A DNA stretch of 64,000 nt. It comes from Eutreptiella sp. 'Long Island Sound 2002'. Its lineage: Eukaryota; Protista; Euglenida. The stretch is from NCBI GenBank assembly GCA_964036045.1, contig OZ038378.1, forward strand, positions 197,656,001-197,720,000, given 5' to 3'. This document shows positions 49,201 through 63,100 of this stretch, one piece after another; positions within the stretch are counted from its first letter, which is position 1; the number at the start of each line of letters is the position of its first letter. The notes under the pieces were generated by a model that worked only from the letters and a program-made list of their open reading frames with translations, did not search any database and was not told the DNA's origin. The position numbers and the translations under genes are program-made.

Positions 49201-52012
49201 GGCCCGCTAAGGGTGAGGGTCCAATAAGGACCAAAGAAGCAGGCATGAAGCTTTGGGTGTACATTATTAGCACCCAAGGGGTTCACATATGATTTTTGTA
49301 GTTTGTGGCTTGTTGTTTTTGCATGCTTTGTTTTTTTTTTTATAAGATATTGTATGTACAACCTTGAATCGTCGTACAAACACCCATATGCCAAATTTTC
49401 ACACTGTACAATGCACCACTTGCGAGGTAGATGCTATTCACTATTTTCACCTTGTACAATGCACCACGTGCGAGATAGATGCTATTCACTAACCATTGCA
49501 TGACAAGAAAATTTTTGTTGACAGGTTTCAGCTAGACCTGGGCACTCCATCCGTGGGAGCATTATACAAGCCACGTGCCAAGTGGCATTGACGATGGCTG
49601 GTAGAGGCAGAGCCGGTACTGACGTCAGCTTTCGGGGATCTCGTTTGTGTTGTTATTAGGTTTTCTTTGCAAGTAGTATGTGGTCACTTTCCGCGCCATT
49701 GCATATTCCAGCAAGTACATGTAACATTTGGAGGCATGTAGATTTATTTTTTAAAATTTTGTTTATGTTCTGTTGATTTTTTTGCAATTCTTTTCCCAAA
49801 AATTTGTTGGTAGCAAGGCAAGTCAAGGGAAGCAAAGAAACATCACACAAGCATAAGGTCATGGAAGGTTCATGGTAATCAAGGTTGTTCATGGTTGAAG
49901 TTAACAGCACGGTTTCATGGTATAAGGAGTATGGGTGTTGTTTTTGGCCCCGTTAGATGCAATGTACTTTGCATACAACCATGCATAGGGAATGTTATGA
50001 TGCATCTGCCCCCCTATTTTCCACCTAAGTAGATGTCACGTAAGTGGCCGTCACGAACCGGGTGCACACATGCACCCCCCATAGATGAGTGTGTTGGCCA
50101 ATTGGGCAGTTGCGTTGGGTAAGTGTGGTGGCCACTTGGGGACCCAAAGTGGAAATCAGGGTAGATGCATAGGACACAGGGTGTCGTGTGTCAAAGCGGG
50201 GTCCTCCCCATATATGGATGAAAGGCCATGGGCTAAGACGAAACATAGCCATCCAGCCAGCCCTAAGTGGTACAATCAAGTTATCATTTCAATTTTTGCT
50301 GTCATAAAAGTGCGATGGGGTTGTTCATGCTATTTGACATTGAGCTTTTTCGTTTTGGATGTTTGGCACTCCAGCCACACAAACATACAATCTATGCATC
50401 ACAACGTCACAAAATGTGCCCATTGCCACACCTATGTATGTGGAACCTTTGTGATCCTTAACCCTGCTGCTATTTGATGGCTGGACTCATTAGATTTTCA
50501 TTGAGCGCACCGTACAATGGTACATCATACTAGGTAGGACAAAAAGTTGAAAAAGTGGTATATCATGCTAGGACAGCAAGCTGGCCGTGAAGATTGTGGT
50601 GGATCATGCTAGGGCAACAAGTTGAGATAGCGGTGTATCATGCTAGGAGAACAAGTTGCCCCGCACCATCATGGTGAATCACGCTAGGACAATAAGTTGT
50701 CTTGCACCATCATGGTACATCATGCAAGGGCACGCTAGGACAATAAGTTGTCTTGCACCATCATGGTACATCATGCTAGGGCAACAAGTTCACCCCCAAG
50801 ACTAATTGCCCATGTCATGAGCTAGACTAATTGAACTATAAGAAACATGACCACCCCCCGTCAACTTTGCTTGTCATCTAGTCCAATAATTCTTTTGACC
50901 CTTAGTCCACGCATACGTCAAAGCACAATATACAGTGCACGGCAATCAAGTGACCGTAATCACCGTATATGGAGAACTCGGACATCACCAGCTCCACTCC
51001 AGACACCAAAGACAGTCGGATCACAGGAGAATGAATCAATCGCGAACGAATCAATGGTGAACATATCTATGGTGGCCAAATCACGAGTGGACGGATCAAC
51101 CGTGAACAAATCAATAGAGATTGAATCAATGGTGAACAAATCACTCAAACCCACAACACTACCTCCTCTCAAAAACCCTCAAAAGAAGGCAAAAGCGGCG
51201 GGCAAGCCACCCCGAGGCTACCAAAAGGAGCCATGCCGAGGTAATGGGGCCGGCGGTGGGTATGTGTAGTCCTAATAAGGGCATGACACACACATAGAGT
51301 CATGCCGCCAACATGAGGTGACTGCTATACTCCCTAGGGAAACACCCCCCCGAATATACACTGCCCGGCCAATACCAATACCAATACACACACGCGCGCG
51401 CGCGCAGACATATGCACAGACACAGACACAGACATAGACACAGACGCAGACACACACACACACACACACACACTACGTGAAGGAGACCAAGAAACTTGAA
51501 CCCACTGTGGATAGCGGGCAAACAGGGCACTTGTCAAAACAGCTCGTCGGGCCAAAAAGGAAAAAAGTGTCATCGAGGCTAGGCGCCTTTCTGAGGGACA
51601 GCAAGAACGGGGATGGCAGTGTTCTTCCACCTCTGCAGAGTCATATCAGCCCCCTTGTAGTCTTGTTGCCCCTAGCTCTAAGGAGAGGAGGAAGTTGTAT
51701 ACCTTGCAGCATTGCTTACATGCTCCTAGTCCAGTCATCAAGGGCAACTTCAACCACGGCAGGACCTCAACCCCAAACTGACACCATTCCAAGGCAAACC
51801 AGTTCCAAGGGCCCATACCCACACCCTTCAGCCGGACTGCATGCAACCACAGCTGCACACAATGTGCAACACACGGGTAAACGCAATGCAGAGATCGATT
51901 GGTGGCATATCCCAAACACAAAGCACGTCGGTGACAGCTGACCAATCGGTAACATTTGCCCATGTCCACAGCACCAATCCAATATCTCATGCCATACAAT
52001 CACCACAGAACA
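37166..52012 (+). repeat. Second copy of unit segment 8506-23350 (3' region, satellite foldback, minisatellites)
   Basis: The ORF track repeats at a constant offset of 28660-28663, with only scattered substitutions and homopolymer-length changes. Confidence 0.95.
41696..47733. repeat. Copy B of the forward and inverted ~150-bp satellite arrays
   Basis: Same organisation as 13036-19070, including the internal re-flipped block. Confidence 0.9.
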
Positions 52013-52683
52013 CGTCAGTGATGGCAAATGAATTAGTACCACCATTAACAAATCCGCGGAATACGGAACCGCAGAGAATCCCGAACACAGCGCAGCATGG
52101 TGAATTCCCTCTGCACCGTATTGCTGGTATCCCTGTTGCGCGCAATTATGGTGCATAGTTTTCGGCACTTGTATTTCTGTTTTGTTGTGTCAGACATATT
52201 CTGTCTGGGGCGATGTGTGGGGCGTGATTGTCTCTCACCAGACTGAATATCTCTTTCAACAACTGCAACGGAGATTTTGTTTGAGTTGGTGCCCCCATCA
52301 TTGGCGCCGAAGACAGGCTAGTCACTAGGACTACGATGTGCACATGCCGGCATGCAAAGGCGATGTCAACCATATCCACAGGAGCACGGTGCAGCAAGAG
52401 CCTGAACACAGGCACTGAGGACAGGCACGCCGCATGTCCCAGCGGCCGTACCAGCGGGTACCTGCACCTGCATAGTAGAGCGCACCCCTGCAGTAGGTAC
52501 GTACCTGCGCTCGCCTGCATACGCGTGCCAGCGCACCATTTACAGCTTCAGATCCGCCAGAAGGTCCGCCAGATGCAGAATTCATTCCAAAACCTGCAAT
52601 TCCTTCCGTTCCATGGTGATGATGTTGAAGTGAAAATGGATATCCAGATTACTCCATTCATTCGTCTGGTACAGGTGCCCTTG

Positions 52684-53700
52684 AGTTTTTTGGCTTCAGC
52701 CAAGCAGTTGAAGACGTCCCCCCTATTTTGAGGGTGCTGGATGCGAAAAGGCATGTTGTAGGCAGACCCAGATCACGAAAAGACAATTTACAGCATCCGT
52801 ATGCACCAAAAGTTGCCATTTTTCACTAAAAAAAACGGCCAAAAATGGCCGTTTTTTTGGTCAAAAATTGATTTTTTTGGCTTCAGCCAAGCAGTTGAAG
52901 ACCCCCCCCCCTACTGTGAGGGTGCTGGATGCAGAGAAGCATGTTGTAGGCAGACACAGGTCACGAAAACACAATATACAGCATCCGTATGCACCAAAAT
53001 TTGCCATGTTTCATGCAAAAACGGCCAAACATGGCCCTTTTTTGGTCAATATTTGAGTTTTTTCGCTTCAGACAAGCAGTTGAAGACCCCTCCCCCTATT
53101 TTGAGGGTGCTGGATGCGAAAAAACTGGTGGTAGAGGCATATAGATCACGAAAACACAATTTAAAGCATCCGTATGCACCAAAATTTGCCATTTTTCATG
53201 AAATAACGGCCAAAAATGGCCGTTTTTTGGTCAAAAACTGAGTTTTTTGGCTTCAGATAAGCAGTTGAAGAACCCACCCCGATTTTGACGGTGTTGGATG
53301 CGAGAAAGCAGGTTGTAGAGGCAGACAGATCACGAAAAATCCATTTAAAGCATGCGTATGCACCAAAATTTGCCATTTTTCATGAAAAAACGGCCAAAAA
53401 TGGCCGGGTTTTTTGGTCAAAAATTGAGTTTTTTGGCCTCAGACAAGCAGTTGAAGAACCCCCCCCTATTTTGAGGGTGCTGGATGCGAAGAAGCAGGTT
53501 GTAGAGGCACACAGATCACGAAAACTCCATCTACAGCATCCGTATGTACCAAAATTTGCCATTTTTCCATGAAAAAATGGCCAAAAATGGCCGCTTTTTG
53601 GTCCAAAATGGAGTTTTTTTGGCCTCAGACAAGCAGTTGTAGACTACCCCCCCCCTGTTTTGAGGGTGGTGGACTCAACAAAACGTGCTCTGCAACGTTT
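52684..53700 (+). repeat. ~186-bp tandem repeat, ~5.5 copies
   Basis: TTTTTGGCTTCAGACAAGCAGTTGAAGACCCCCCCTATTTTGAGGGTGCTGGATGCG...CAGCATCCGTATGCACCAAAATTTGCC...GGCCAAAAATGGCC. Confidence 0.9.
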
Positions 53701-53779
53701 TGGAGCAAGTTATCGAGTGTTTCGGAGCCGCCTTAACCAAATAACCGCATGTTTTGCCCAAAAATGGCCAAAAAATGCC

Positions 53780-54345
53780 ATTTTTTTTGGCCTGAAACAG
53801 TGTTTTTGGGGCCTGAGTGGTCAGTAGTAGGGCCCCATATCCTATTTTGAGGGTGCCGGACTCAAAAAAACGTGTTTTGCAAGGTTTTGGAGCATTTTAT
53901 CGATTGTTTTTGAGCCACCATCACCAAAAAACCGCTTTTTTTGGCCTAAAACAGTGTTTTTGGGGCCTGAGTGGTCAGTTGTAGGGCCCCATACACTATT
54001 TTGAGGGTGCTGGACCCAAAAGAAAGTGTTTCGGAAGGTTTTGGAGGATATGCTCGAGGGTTTCAGGGACGCCATAACCAGAAAACAACTTTTTTGGCCA
54101 AAAGTGGCCAAAAAATGCCATTTTTTGGCCTAAAACAGTGTTTTTGGGGCCTGAGTGGTCAGATATAGGGCCCCATACCCTATTTTCAGGGTGCTGGACT
54201 CAAAAAAGCGTTTTTTTCAGGGGTTTTAGGCAAATGATCAACGATTTGGGAGCCACCATCACCAACAACCCACATTTTTTTGTCCAAAAATGCCAATTTT
54301 TTTGCCTAAAACAGCATTTTTGGGGCATGAGTGGTCAGTTGTAGG
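53780..54345 (+). repeat. ~155-185-bp tandem repeat, 3-4 copies, related to the neighbouring arrays
   Basis: TTTTTGGCCTAAAACAGTGTTTTTGGGGCCTGAGTGGTCAG..GTAGGGCCCCATA..CTATTTTGAGGGTGCTGGAC. Confidence 0.85.
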
Positions 54346-54352
54346 GTCAAAA

Positions 54353-55270
54353 AAATGAGTAAATGAGGGTTTTGAAAATGTTTTAATGAGGACCCCCCCT
54401 ATTTTGGGGGCGCTGAATCCAAACAACATGCCGTTAGAGTCCAAGGATTTGCTTTTTGGGTACTTTTTGAGTAAAGGTGTATGCAGGTAGTTAGTGCCAC
54501 GTCTGGTGAAATCTGGTAACCCCCCCCCCCCCGGGGGCCATTTTTGGGGAAAATGGGTAAATCAGGGTTTTGAAAATGTTTTCATGAGGACCCCTCCTAT
54601 TTTGGGGGCGTTGAATCCAAAAAACAAGCCGTTAGAGTCCAAAGATTTGCTCTTTGGGTACTTTTTGAGTAAAGGTGTATGCAGGTAGTTAGTGCCACGT
54701 CTTGTGAAATCTGGTAACCCCCCCCCCCCCCGGGGGCCATTTTTGGGGAAAATGGGTAAATGAGGGTTTTGGAAATGTTTTCATGAGGACCCCCCCTATT
54801 TTGGGGGCGCTGAGTCGAAAAAACATGCCGTTAGAGTCCAAAGATTTGCTCTTTGGGTACTTTTTGAGTAAAGGTGTATGCAGGTGGTTAGTGCCACGTC
54901 TTGTGAAATCTGGTAAACCCCCCCCCCCGGGGGGCCATTTTTGGGGAAAATGGGTAAATGAGGGTTTTGGAAATGTTTTCATGAGGACCCCCCCTATTTT
55001 GGGGGCGCTGAGTCGAAAAAACATGCCGTTAGAGTCCAAAGATTTGCTCTTTGGGTACTTTTTGAGTAAAGGTGTATGCAGGTAGTTAGTGCCACATCTG
55101 GTGAAATCTGGTAACCCCCCCCCCTGGGGGGGCTTTTTTTGAAAAAAATGGGTAAATGAGGGTTTTGGAAATGTTTTCATGAGGAACCCCCCTATTTTGG
55201 GGGCGCCGAATCCAAAAAACATGCCGTTGGAGTCCAAGTAATAGGTTTTTGGGTACTTTTTGAGTAAAGT
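54353..55270 (+). repeat. 198-199-bp tandem repeat, ~4.6 copies
   Basis: AAATGGGTAAATGAGGGTTTT... starts at 54353, 54551, 54750, 54948 and 55146. Confidence 0.95.
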
Positions 55271-55289
55271 GACGTTTTGGCCCGTAAAA

Positions 55290-58200
55290 TCATAGGTGCA
55301 GGGAAGCGGCGCCGTACCTGAACAAGGTGCGGGCCACGTACCCGGTTGGAGTCACCGAACTGGACGCGGCACTCCACCTTCTACATCCATCCCACGAGGA
55401 CTTGAAAGTGGGTGAAGTCACGGTATTCGTTGAAGGCGTGCGGGAGACGCCCACCCGCCCCCGCCCAACCAACCCGGTGTACGACGGCACCAGGCCGATC
55501 CCCCAATAAGCCGTCGTGTGCGAGGGATTCCCCAGAGAGCCCACCTGGTGTCCCACCCTCCCGCCGGCCACACACGCGCCCCGCGGCTGGACCAGCCCGC
55601 ACATGTCCCCCCCCATCTCGAGGACCAGGGGTGCCTACCACAGAGGGCATGTCCTCTGGCAAGAGGGCCCGGACACCCGCCTGCTCCTCCCCCTCGTCAC
55701 GACCCGCGGGGACCCGGAGCGGGTCCTGGGGGTCGACCCCTCCCACCTCTACGGGGCAGCGCCGGTGCCCGGCCCCCCCCTCCCGACGCCAGAGGCGCGG
55801 GACGGGGTGCACGCTTTCCTGCGAACACAGGGGGTCAGCGCCGTTATGGGGGTCCACCTTGTGCTGCTCCCCCCGGCATCGCTCGATGGCCCCCGGGGGC
55901 CCAGGGCCCTGAGCCCCACAACAGACTAGGAGCTGTGGCGCGACGTGTCGGCCGCGTGGCTCGCCAGCCTCCCGCCCCAGTGCCGGTGGATGACCACCAA
56001 CCCCTGCTGAAACGGAACCAGCACAGCCGCCAGCCCCCCCCTTTCATCCCCCCCTCCCCCCCGCGCAGCACTACACGGCACTGCCCACGGCACGCCACTG
56101 ATAGGAGGTAGCGGTACGGACACGCCTGCGACCACGCATGCCTACCAGGATCACAGGGATGTCGGACTCCGATGGCTCCCCCCAGCGGGACGACAGCCAC
56201 CACTGCCGGTCCCGCTCCCGTTCCCCAGTTTCCGCGGGATACGTGGGGGAGACCGTCGCGGAGCGCGAGGAGCGGCGGCTGGCGGGGGCCGCAGTGCCGG
56301 TCAGGCCGCCGGTTCAGCAGCCCCGGGCGGCCCCCGCCGACCCCGAGCCGCCGGCCCAGGAGCCCGTGCCGGCCGAGGAGGCCGCCCCTGCCGCTCAGGC
56401 CGCGGCCCCTGCCGCCCCGCCCCCGGAGGAGGCCCCAGGTGCACAAGGAGCTGAGACTGCGGCGCCGGCACGTCGCCGGCGCGGGTGACAGGGCGCGCGC
56501 GGGCCCCGAGCGCCTCGCCGAGAGCCGCCGCAGCCGCAGCGGAGCGAAGGGAGGGCGCCACAGTACCGTGCCCACACCAAGCCAAGCCACACCAACACCA
56601 GCCCCCCGAAGCCGTACCCGCCCAAGGCCGCCTTCCCCAAGGGGAGGCCGCGGCCCGTTGGCCCCCCGGCGCCTACGCGTACGCCGCCGGGCATCACACT
56701 GCCGCAGCTGCAGCGGCAGCAAGACGCCCGGCGCGTGATCCAGGAGGGGGGCCACGGCGCCGGGCGGGGCAGGGTACCAGCCACGGGAGCGCAGAGCGAG
56801 GGGCGGGAGGCGACAGGGGGAGCACCCAGGGACGGACGCAGGGGACGGGGCAGGGCGCACACGGCAAGGAGAGAGGGCAAGGGCACGGACACGGCACCAA
56901 GGCCAGCGGCAGCGGGGGAGAACAGGCACACAGGGCAGGCCAGAGTGCGAGCAGCGGACGACGGGACGCAGGACACAGCGGGGAAAGGGCAAGGGGACGG
57001 GAAGGATGCGGGCGCGAGCAGCAGCGCCACGGGACGGGCGCAATGACATGTGCAGGGCGCCACGGCTGGCGGCGTCAGGGCGCACGGGGCTGGCCAGGGC
57101 GCGGTCAGCGGACGAGGACACAGCCAGGGACACGGGCAAGGACGCGGGAAGGGCAGGGGCGTCAGCGGAATGGGCAAGGGCATGGGTGACAGAGGTCGGG
57201 ACCGGCGGCACATGCCAGAAGGCAAAGCTGAGGGAGTGCGCCCGAGCCAGGGGCTAGGGGCCGGGACGGGACCCAGGGGCAAGGTGGGGAAGGGTGACAT
57301 AGGCCCCCGGGGACAGGCAGGGCGGGGCGTGGGGGCAAGGGGGGACGGGCAGTGCGTAGGGCGAGGGACCGGGAGCGGGGCGCCCCCGCAACCGGACGTC
57401 CAGCCGGTGCGGTGCATACCCCCCGGTATCCAACAGATGCCGGCGCACCCCATCCACTACCACCACCACCACCACGCCCACCTCTACAACATCGACCCCG
57501 ACGCGGGGGACCTAGTCCTCCCCCAACCCCCCCGACCCCCCTACCAGCCGGCCCTCCAGCCGCACTGCGGCGCCCCGCGCGGCCCCTCTCCCGCGGCACG
57601 AAGGCCGAGGGCGGAGCCGGCGCGGATGGCTGCTGCCCTGGCGGCGCGGGGGTTTGGCGCGGCGCAGGCGCCACAGGCGCAGGAGCCGCAGGAAGAGCCG
57701 GCACGGGGGGCAGAGGGGACCCGGGGCCATTGGGCCCGGGACTGGGACGCGATCCGGGACCCCCTGGTCGTTGAGGTGTATGAGTGGCTGAGCTGGGCCA
57801 CCTCGGGGACCACCAGGGGGTTGAGGAACTGGCAGTTCCATTCCGTGCTCCTCCGGAGGGACTGGGGGAACCGGAAGGTGCCCCCGGGGGGTCGGATGGC
57901 CCAGGAGGACCACGAAAGGGTTCTCTGAGCTGTGATTCGGGTGGGGAGCCGACCCGACCGGCTTTCTTGGAGGGGGGTGCGGTGCTCCGCGTCACAGATG
58001 CAGAGGCCAACAACTGGCCCCTCCGGGCCCTGCACACCGCCCTCACCCAGTGCTGCTACCGCCGGAGGAACCCGCCGCCGCCGGAGCCCCAGCCCCCACA
58101 CAAGCAGCGGCTATGGTCCCGGGCGGCGGGCATAGGGGGGGGGGGAGAGGACAAGCGGCGCGGGACACCCCACCGGCAGGCCTGGGCCCCTTGACCCAGA

Positions 58201-58610
58201 GCTCTCCCCCACCCCCCCCTGCGGTTCGCACAGCGGGAGGTTGTGCGCCGCCCCCGGTAGGGGAGAGGATGGGAGACACAAACACGCCGACGCGCGCAAC
58301 GCGGGGATCCCACTGACCCGCAGACCGGTAACCAAGAACTGTGCATATCATCTGGGCGAAGGCAGCCAGGGGTGTCTGGGGCTTGGTACATGTCTTCACC
58401 CACAAGCTGTTTTTCACAAGGGACATCATGGATGATGATGCAGTCCCCAAGCATTTTAGCGTCCCAGAACCCAAGCCTAAGCCTAAGCCGAAGCCAGCTC
58501 CAAAGGCAACCGCAACACCGAAGCCTGGCCCCAAGGGGCAGCACAGACAGGAATACAGGATGGTGCATCACAGGAAGAAGGGTTTCGCACCTCAGCCAGT
58601 TGAACAGTAG
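55290..58610 (+). pseudogene. GC-rich degenerate coding-like sequence, probably a decayed mobile-element ORF; family unidentified
   Basis: Same-frame ORF pieces are split by single stops (55327-55509 and 55516-55929). Protein-like stretches (WDAIRDPLVVEVYEWLSW; FFTRDIMDDDAVPKHF) alternate with low-complexity tracts. No diagnostic motif was recognised. Confidence 0.3.
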
Positions 58611-58814
58611 ATCATCCCATGCACGTCCGAAGGCACGCTACAGCCCAGTCAGCTGAGATTCACTCCTTTGGTGTTCATTTGTCAACGTGGTTAACTGTTG
58701 CAAAGGAGCCTTTGCTTGGTAGCTCTGGTTTTTGATTTGGTTTGCTACATTCGATGCTTGGTAGTGTAAGTGCTGTGTGGCTTGGGTGCATTCGTATTTG
58801 GTGTCTTGGTGGTT

Positions 58815-60152
58815 GACTTGACCAAATGGTGGACCACGTTCCGAATGGCTACCTCAAAGCAAGATGCTGGGTTTTATCATGAGGCATTTCTCAAGTTCCT
58901 CGACTTGACAAAGGAGACCGACCCGAATTTCAATCCTTTGCAGTGGCTAACAGTGGTCATGGATTTTTCGCAGGCCCAGCTCAAGGGACTGAAGTCCGCT
59001 CAGAAAGAGTACCTAAAGAAGCAAAACATTGAGTTGTCCGATGATGAGTTTGAAGCCTTTGTGGTCCGGGTGTTCCAAGGATGCCTACTTCACTTCCTGC
59101 GATGTGTGGAGGAGTGGTCCAACAAGATAGACAGCGAGATTGCCTCTGCAATGTTCAAAGAACGATGCAGGGCCATTCCTTCCATGTCAAAGGAGGCACG
59201 TGCGGAGATGTGGGATTGGCTGACAAAGCATTACAAAGCCCTTGAGGGTTTCATAAAGTTCTGGCGTGCACCGGAGGTGGATGCGTTGCTTTGTCATTTG
59301 CATCAAGGGAAGACGTTTGCGGACTGGGTAGCTAGCACGCGGGATAGCAATGCGGTGGAGAGCAGTCATCGACCAGTGAAGGCGAAGGGCAAAAGCTTGG
59401 TTGACAAGTACCGTATTGTCACGGAAACTGATGCCCTAGTTGGTTTGCAGAGGCAAAACGTGGAACGGTACTCTGACACAGTAGCGGATAGGTTTTGGGT
59501 ATTGCGGACAAGACAGAAGGCTCCGGCCAAGGAACGACAACCAAGGGGCGACCGCTATGTCAACGATGGGAAACCTAAGAAAGGTACCAAGAGAAAGGGC
59601 ACAAGTGCCGAGGCAAAACCTCGTTCCAAGAAGGTGCGGTTCAACGAGGAACCCGCAGAGTTGCATGAGTACTCGCAACCGTCACAAACTCAAAACACAC
59701 CTGGAACTCAAAGCACACCCGACGTCATTCCTTCGGAAGATGATGATATGGCCTTGACGCAGAATCCATGTGGTGCTGCAGAGACTCGACAAGTCACATT
59801 GAAGCATGTAAAGGATTCACCTCCCGCCCTCAACAGCATTATGGCAACGTATACCACCGACAAGTCCAAAGTTTGGTTTGCCTTTGCACGCGAAGAGATG
59901 AAGAGCGGCTGGAAGGTTGATTGGGTGGAAAAAATTGAGGGACTTGACGTGCATTATCGGGTTGACAAGCTGGCACGTGACAAGCGTGACAAGGTGGAAA
60001 TGGAGTGTATCGCTGTGACACAAGTCCCATTTTCCTGTGAGTGTGGTTTCCGGAACGTAACGGTGCAGACATGCCAGTGTAGAGTGGTGCAAATCACCAA
60101 GGACCACCTAAAGTCTTGCATCAGTTTGGCGAAGAAGCATAACAAGAAGTGA
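58815..60152 (+). pseudogene. 5'-truncated MULE transposase, copy C (lacks the first catalytic Asp)
   Basis: Homology starts abruptly at GACTTGACCAAATGG, downstream of VDITF. The rest matches the copy ending at 8184 almost exactly. The ORF-track start at 58770 is in unrelated DNA. Confidence 0.88.
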
Positions 60153-63100
60153 TTTCTGCAAGCGCGCTCAACAGTTGCATCGAGGGTTTCATGACCCTTG
60201 CCATGGGAGGCCCAAGTGGGCATGGCAGGTCAACATATAATATGCATCAAAGAATTGAACTCATGAGATTTCGCTCCGCTGTGTTCTTTCTTTTCTGTTG
60301 AAATCACAAGCTCGCAGCAGTGGACAACCATGCTTGGCCTTGGTAGTAAAGTATAAATTGTGGATCTTCCGAGCACTCATAAGGTTCTCCCAAGCACCTT
60401 TGAATCACAAGTTTGCAACATATCTGCACTGGAAAGTCAAGTCATGCCGGTTGGCACATGATTTATGCATTAGAGGACCAAATCACATGTTTGGGATATT
60501 CCTCTCTTTTGTTTGAATGAGAAGGTTGCAACACCTACGACCGCACTTGCATTTGCTGGTCATTGATCACTCCCATGGTCATGGTCAAGGGAAGATAGGT
60601 TCCCTCGAACCGGTTCCTCTTCCATTTTTCTTCTTCGCCGACTCCTTTGTCCACACATTCAACCTTATTTGTTTTGCCCACATGATTCAATCCACCCATC
60701 CCCCCACCAAGCAATTCATGGGGAGACGGGAGCTGGACTACAAGAGATGACAGAGGTGCATAGCCATAATGTGAGGACTCACAAGTGCTCACATGTTGTG
60801 GACCCCTCATCTATGACGTCTGGTCCTTGTCGAACCGTGATTGCCCGCTGTGAGCACTTTCGTCTTCTTTCTCCCCTTGTAGGCCATAGTTTTGCTCCCA
60901 ACAAGTACCTCAATCTCCTCTTGGGGTGTATTTTGTGGCGGGGACTTCCCTGAGTCGTTCCTGACTGATGATAAGGCCACATAATACTCTTGACTGCGCC
61001 CACACTTGTTCCTTGAGCTTGTCTTTCGAGTAGTACCCCCCCCCCCTACATCCCACATCTCTCCCCGTTACCGTAGTCATCTATGCAGGCTTGAGTGAAC
61101 GCTTTGGCAATCCCCCCCCCCCTATTTTCTCTAATTATCGGCGGGTTGGCCCACTCATAGTTCCCCCTTCTATCCCCCCCCCCCCCCCCCACAATGCGGG
61201 AAGCCACCCTTAAGCAGGTTGTTGGATCACAATTTCCCTTCCTTCTACCTTCCCTCTTTTCCCATGTGTCTGGCAGCCCACACACATGGCAACCCCGTAA
61301 TTCTATTGCTAGCCCCAGGTTGCAGAGATGAGGCAATTGAACGTGTGATGTAGCCAATGTAATTTTGTTTCTTGAACTGTGCATTTTCTGTCCCATACCT
61401 CCTTGCCGTCACCTCCCCATCCACCGTGACCCATGGTTTGGGATGTGGGTGAATCTTTGTATAATTGGGTCAGGGACAGTTTATAGTATGGTGTCGATTT
61501 ATGTTGAGAAAAAACGGTTGCAAAATATTTGCGCGAATGGTGGTGGTTTGGGTTCTACCCATTTCTTCACTCGTGACACAACATTTTTGCACTCTTTGGC
61601 CGCGCGCATATTCGTTCTTATCAAATTTCCACTTATCTTATTACAAGAGCATCTTCAAAGTTATAAACGCCCCCAAGACATATGAGCAATTACAATATTT
61701 GCGATGTACCTTGGAAATGGGGGATGCCCATTTTGTTTTTTCTCATCTTGTGATCTTTGAGTTTGCTCAAGCTTTCATGCTCACAGTATGTCTTCTCCTA
61801 GCAAAGGCTGTGAGTGCAACCTGATGCATTGGCTGTTGTGGAAGTGTGAAAATAGCAAGTTGGCATCTATCCGTATGAGAGGATTCAGCCATATTTTTTA
61901 GTGGTGCCTTGTTTCTTTTGCAAATCACAAGATTGCATATCCGCCCACAACCGTGTCATGAATTCTAGGTTGAACCCTTGAAAATGGCACAATTTTGTGA
62001 CCAACCCAAGTTACGGAGAAGTTTTTTTGTGCATGTGTTTGTTGACATTTGCACTACTTTGTCATTTGATGCCATGGCATGCCACTTAACAACCCTAAAC
62101 AGTGCAACATGTCTGCGAAACGGTTCTTCGGTCTCACTGTCCTCTTTAAATACCACCCCCACGCAGTTTATGGCCCACGCGATGCCGGTTCCTAAATTGC
62201 AAGAAACACATCACGTGGTGCTGCACTGCGGTTGGGAGGGCGACACATGGTCAGCAGACAGCATGCACTTCCGCATTTGAATTCGCGTATTCTCATCCTG
62301 CGCCGATGCAGAACGAAAGGGTGGGGGCAGAGGAATACAATTCAGCCACAAATTATAGCAAGCCTGAGGCGCCATGAATTGGCGCATGAGTGTGACAGAA
62401 TAGCACGTCTGTGGTGACAGCGATAGGTTAACCAGCTACGGTTGCGATGGAACGTTGTGCATATCCCTCAAGTTTGTGGTGCCCCATACCATTGATGTCC
62501 TTGGGATTGGCTACGTGTCCTTCAGACTGCAACAATTGCTTTGAGTTTTTGCTTTGTTTGTTTGTGGAGAGTTTGTGTCCCAGACCCGTACACACCCTAA
62601 TACCCAACACATTGGTGGACTTCAATTTGTTGCCAAGCGCGCGAACCTGCCACGGGAAATGAAGTGTTGATGGGGTGCAGTAACACTCATCGTAGCTGAC
62701 CCCACTCGTTATCTAATTCAATAGTTCATTTGACCCTGAATTGCCACACTTGTCATTCCCCAAAATTTTGGGCTGAATGGACCCGCCATATCCGAGCACC
62801 ATGCAAATTACCAAAGCACATTAGCAGACTTCAAATTGTTGCCAAGCGTAGGAACCTACTATGGGAAATGAAGTATTGAGGGGGTAAGGTAGAATGAAAA
62901 GTGATGGCACGCGGCAGTGGTATGCAGCAATTGCACCTTGTGGATGCCACATGGACGGCACATCCCGGGGGCCATGCCACTTTTGCTTGCTAGGTTGGGC
63001 CATAGTGACCGGCCCTTCCCTAGTAGCGTTGGTGTGGCTGAAGCATGCCATGGTGCAAGGTGCATTACGAAGGCATGGCACCTATCTTGACAGCGCACGC

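Noticed and set aside
52016-52040. CAGTGATGGCAAA resembling a hAT terminal inverted repeat at the copy-B breakpoint
   Set aside because: No matching reverse-complement end (TTTGCCATCACTG) or 8-bp TSD was found in the window.
52801-55237. ORFs over the 186/199-bp arrays
   Set aside because: They are translations of tandem repeats whose periods mostly do not maintain frame.
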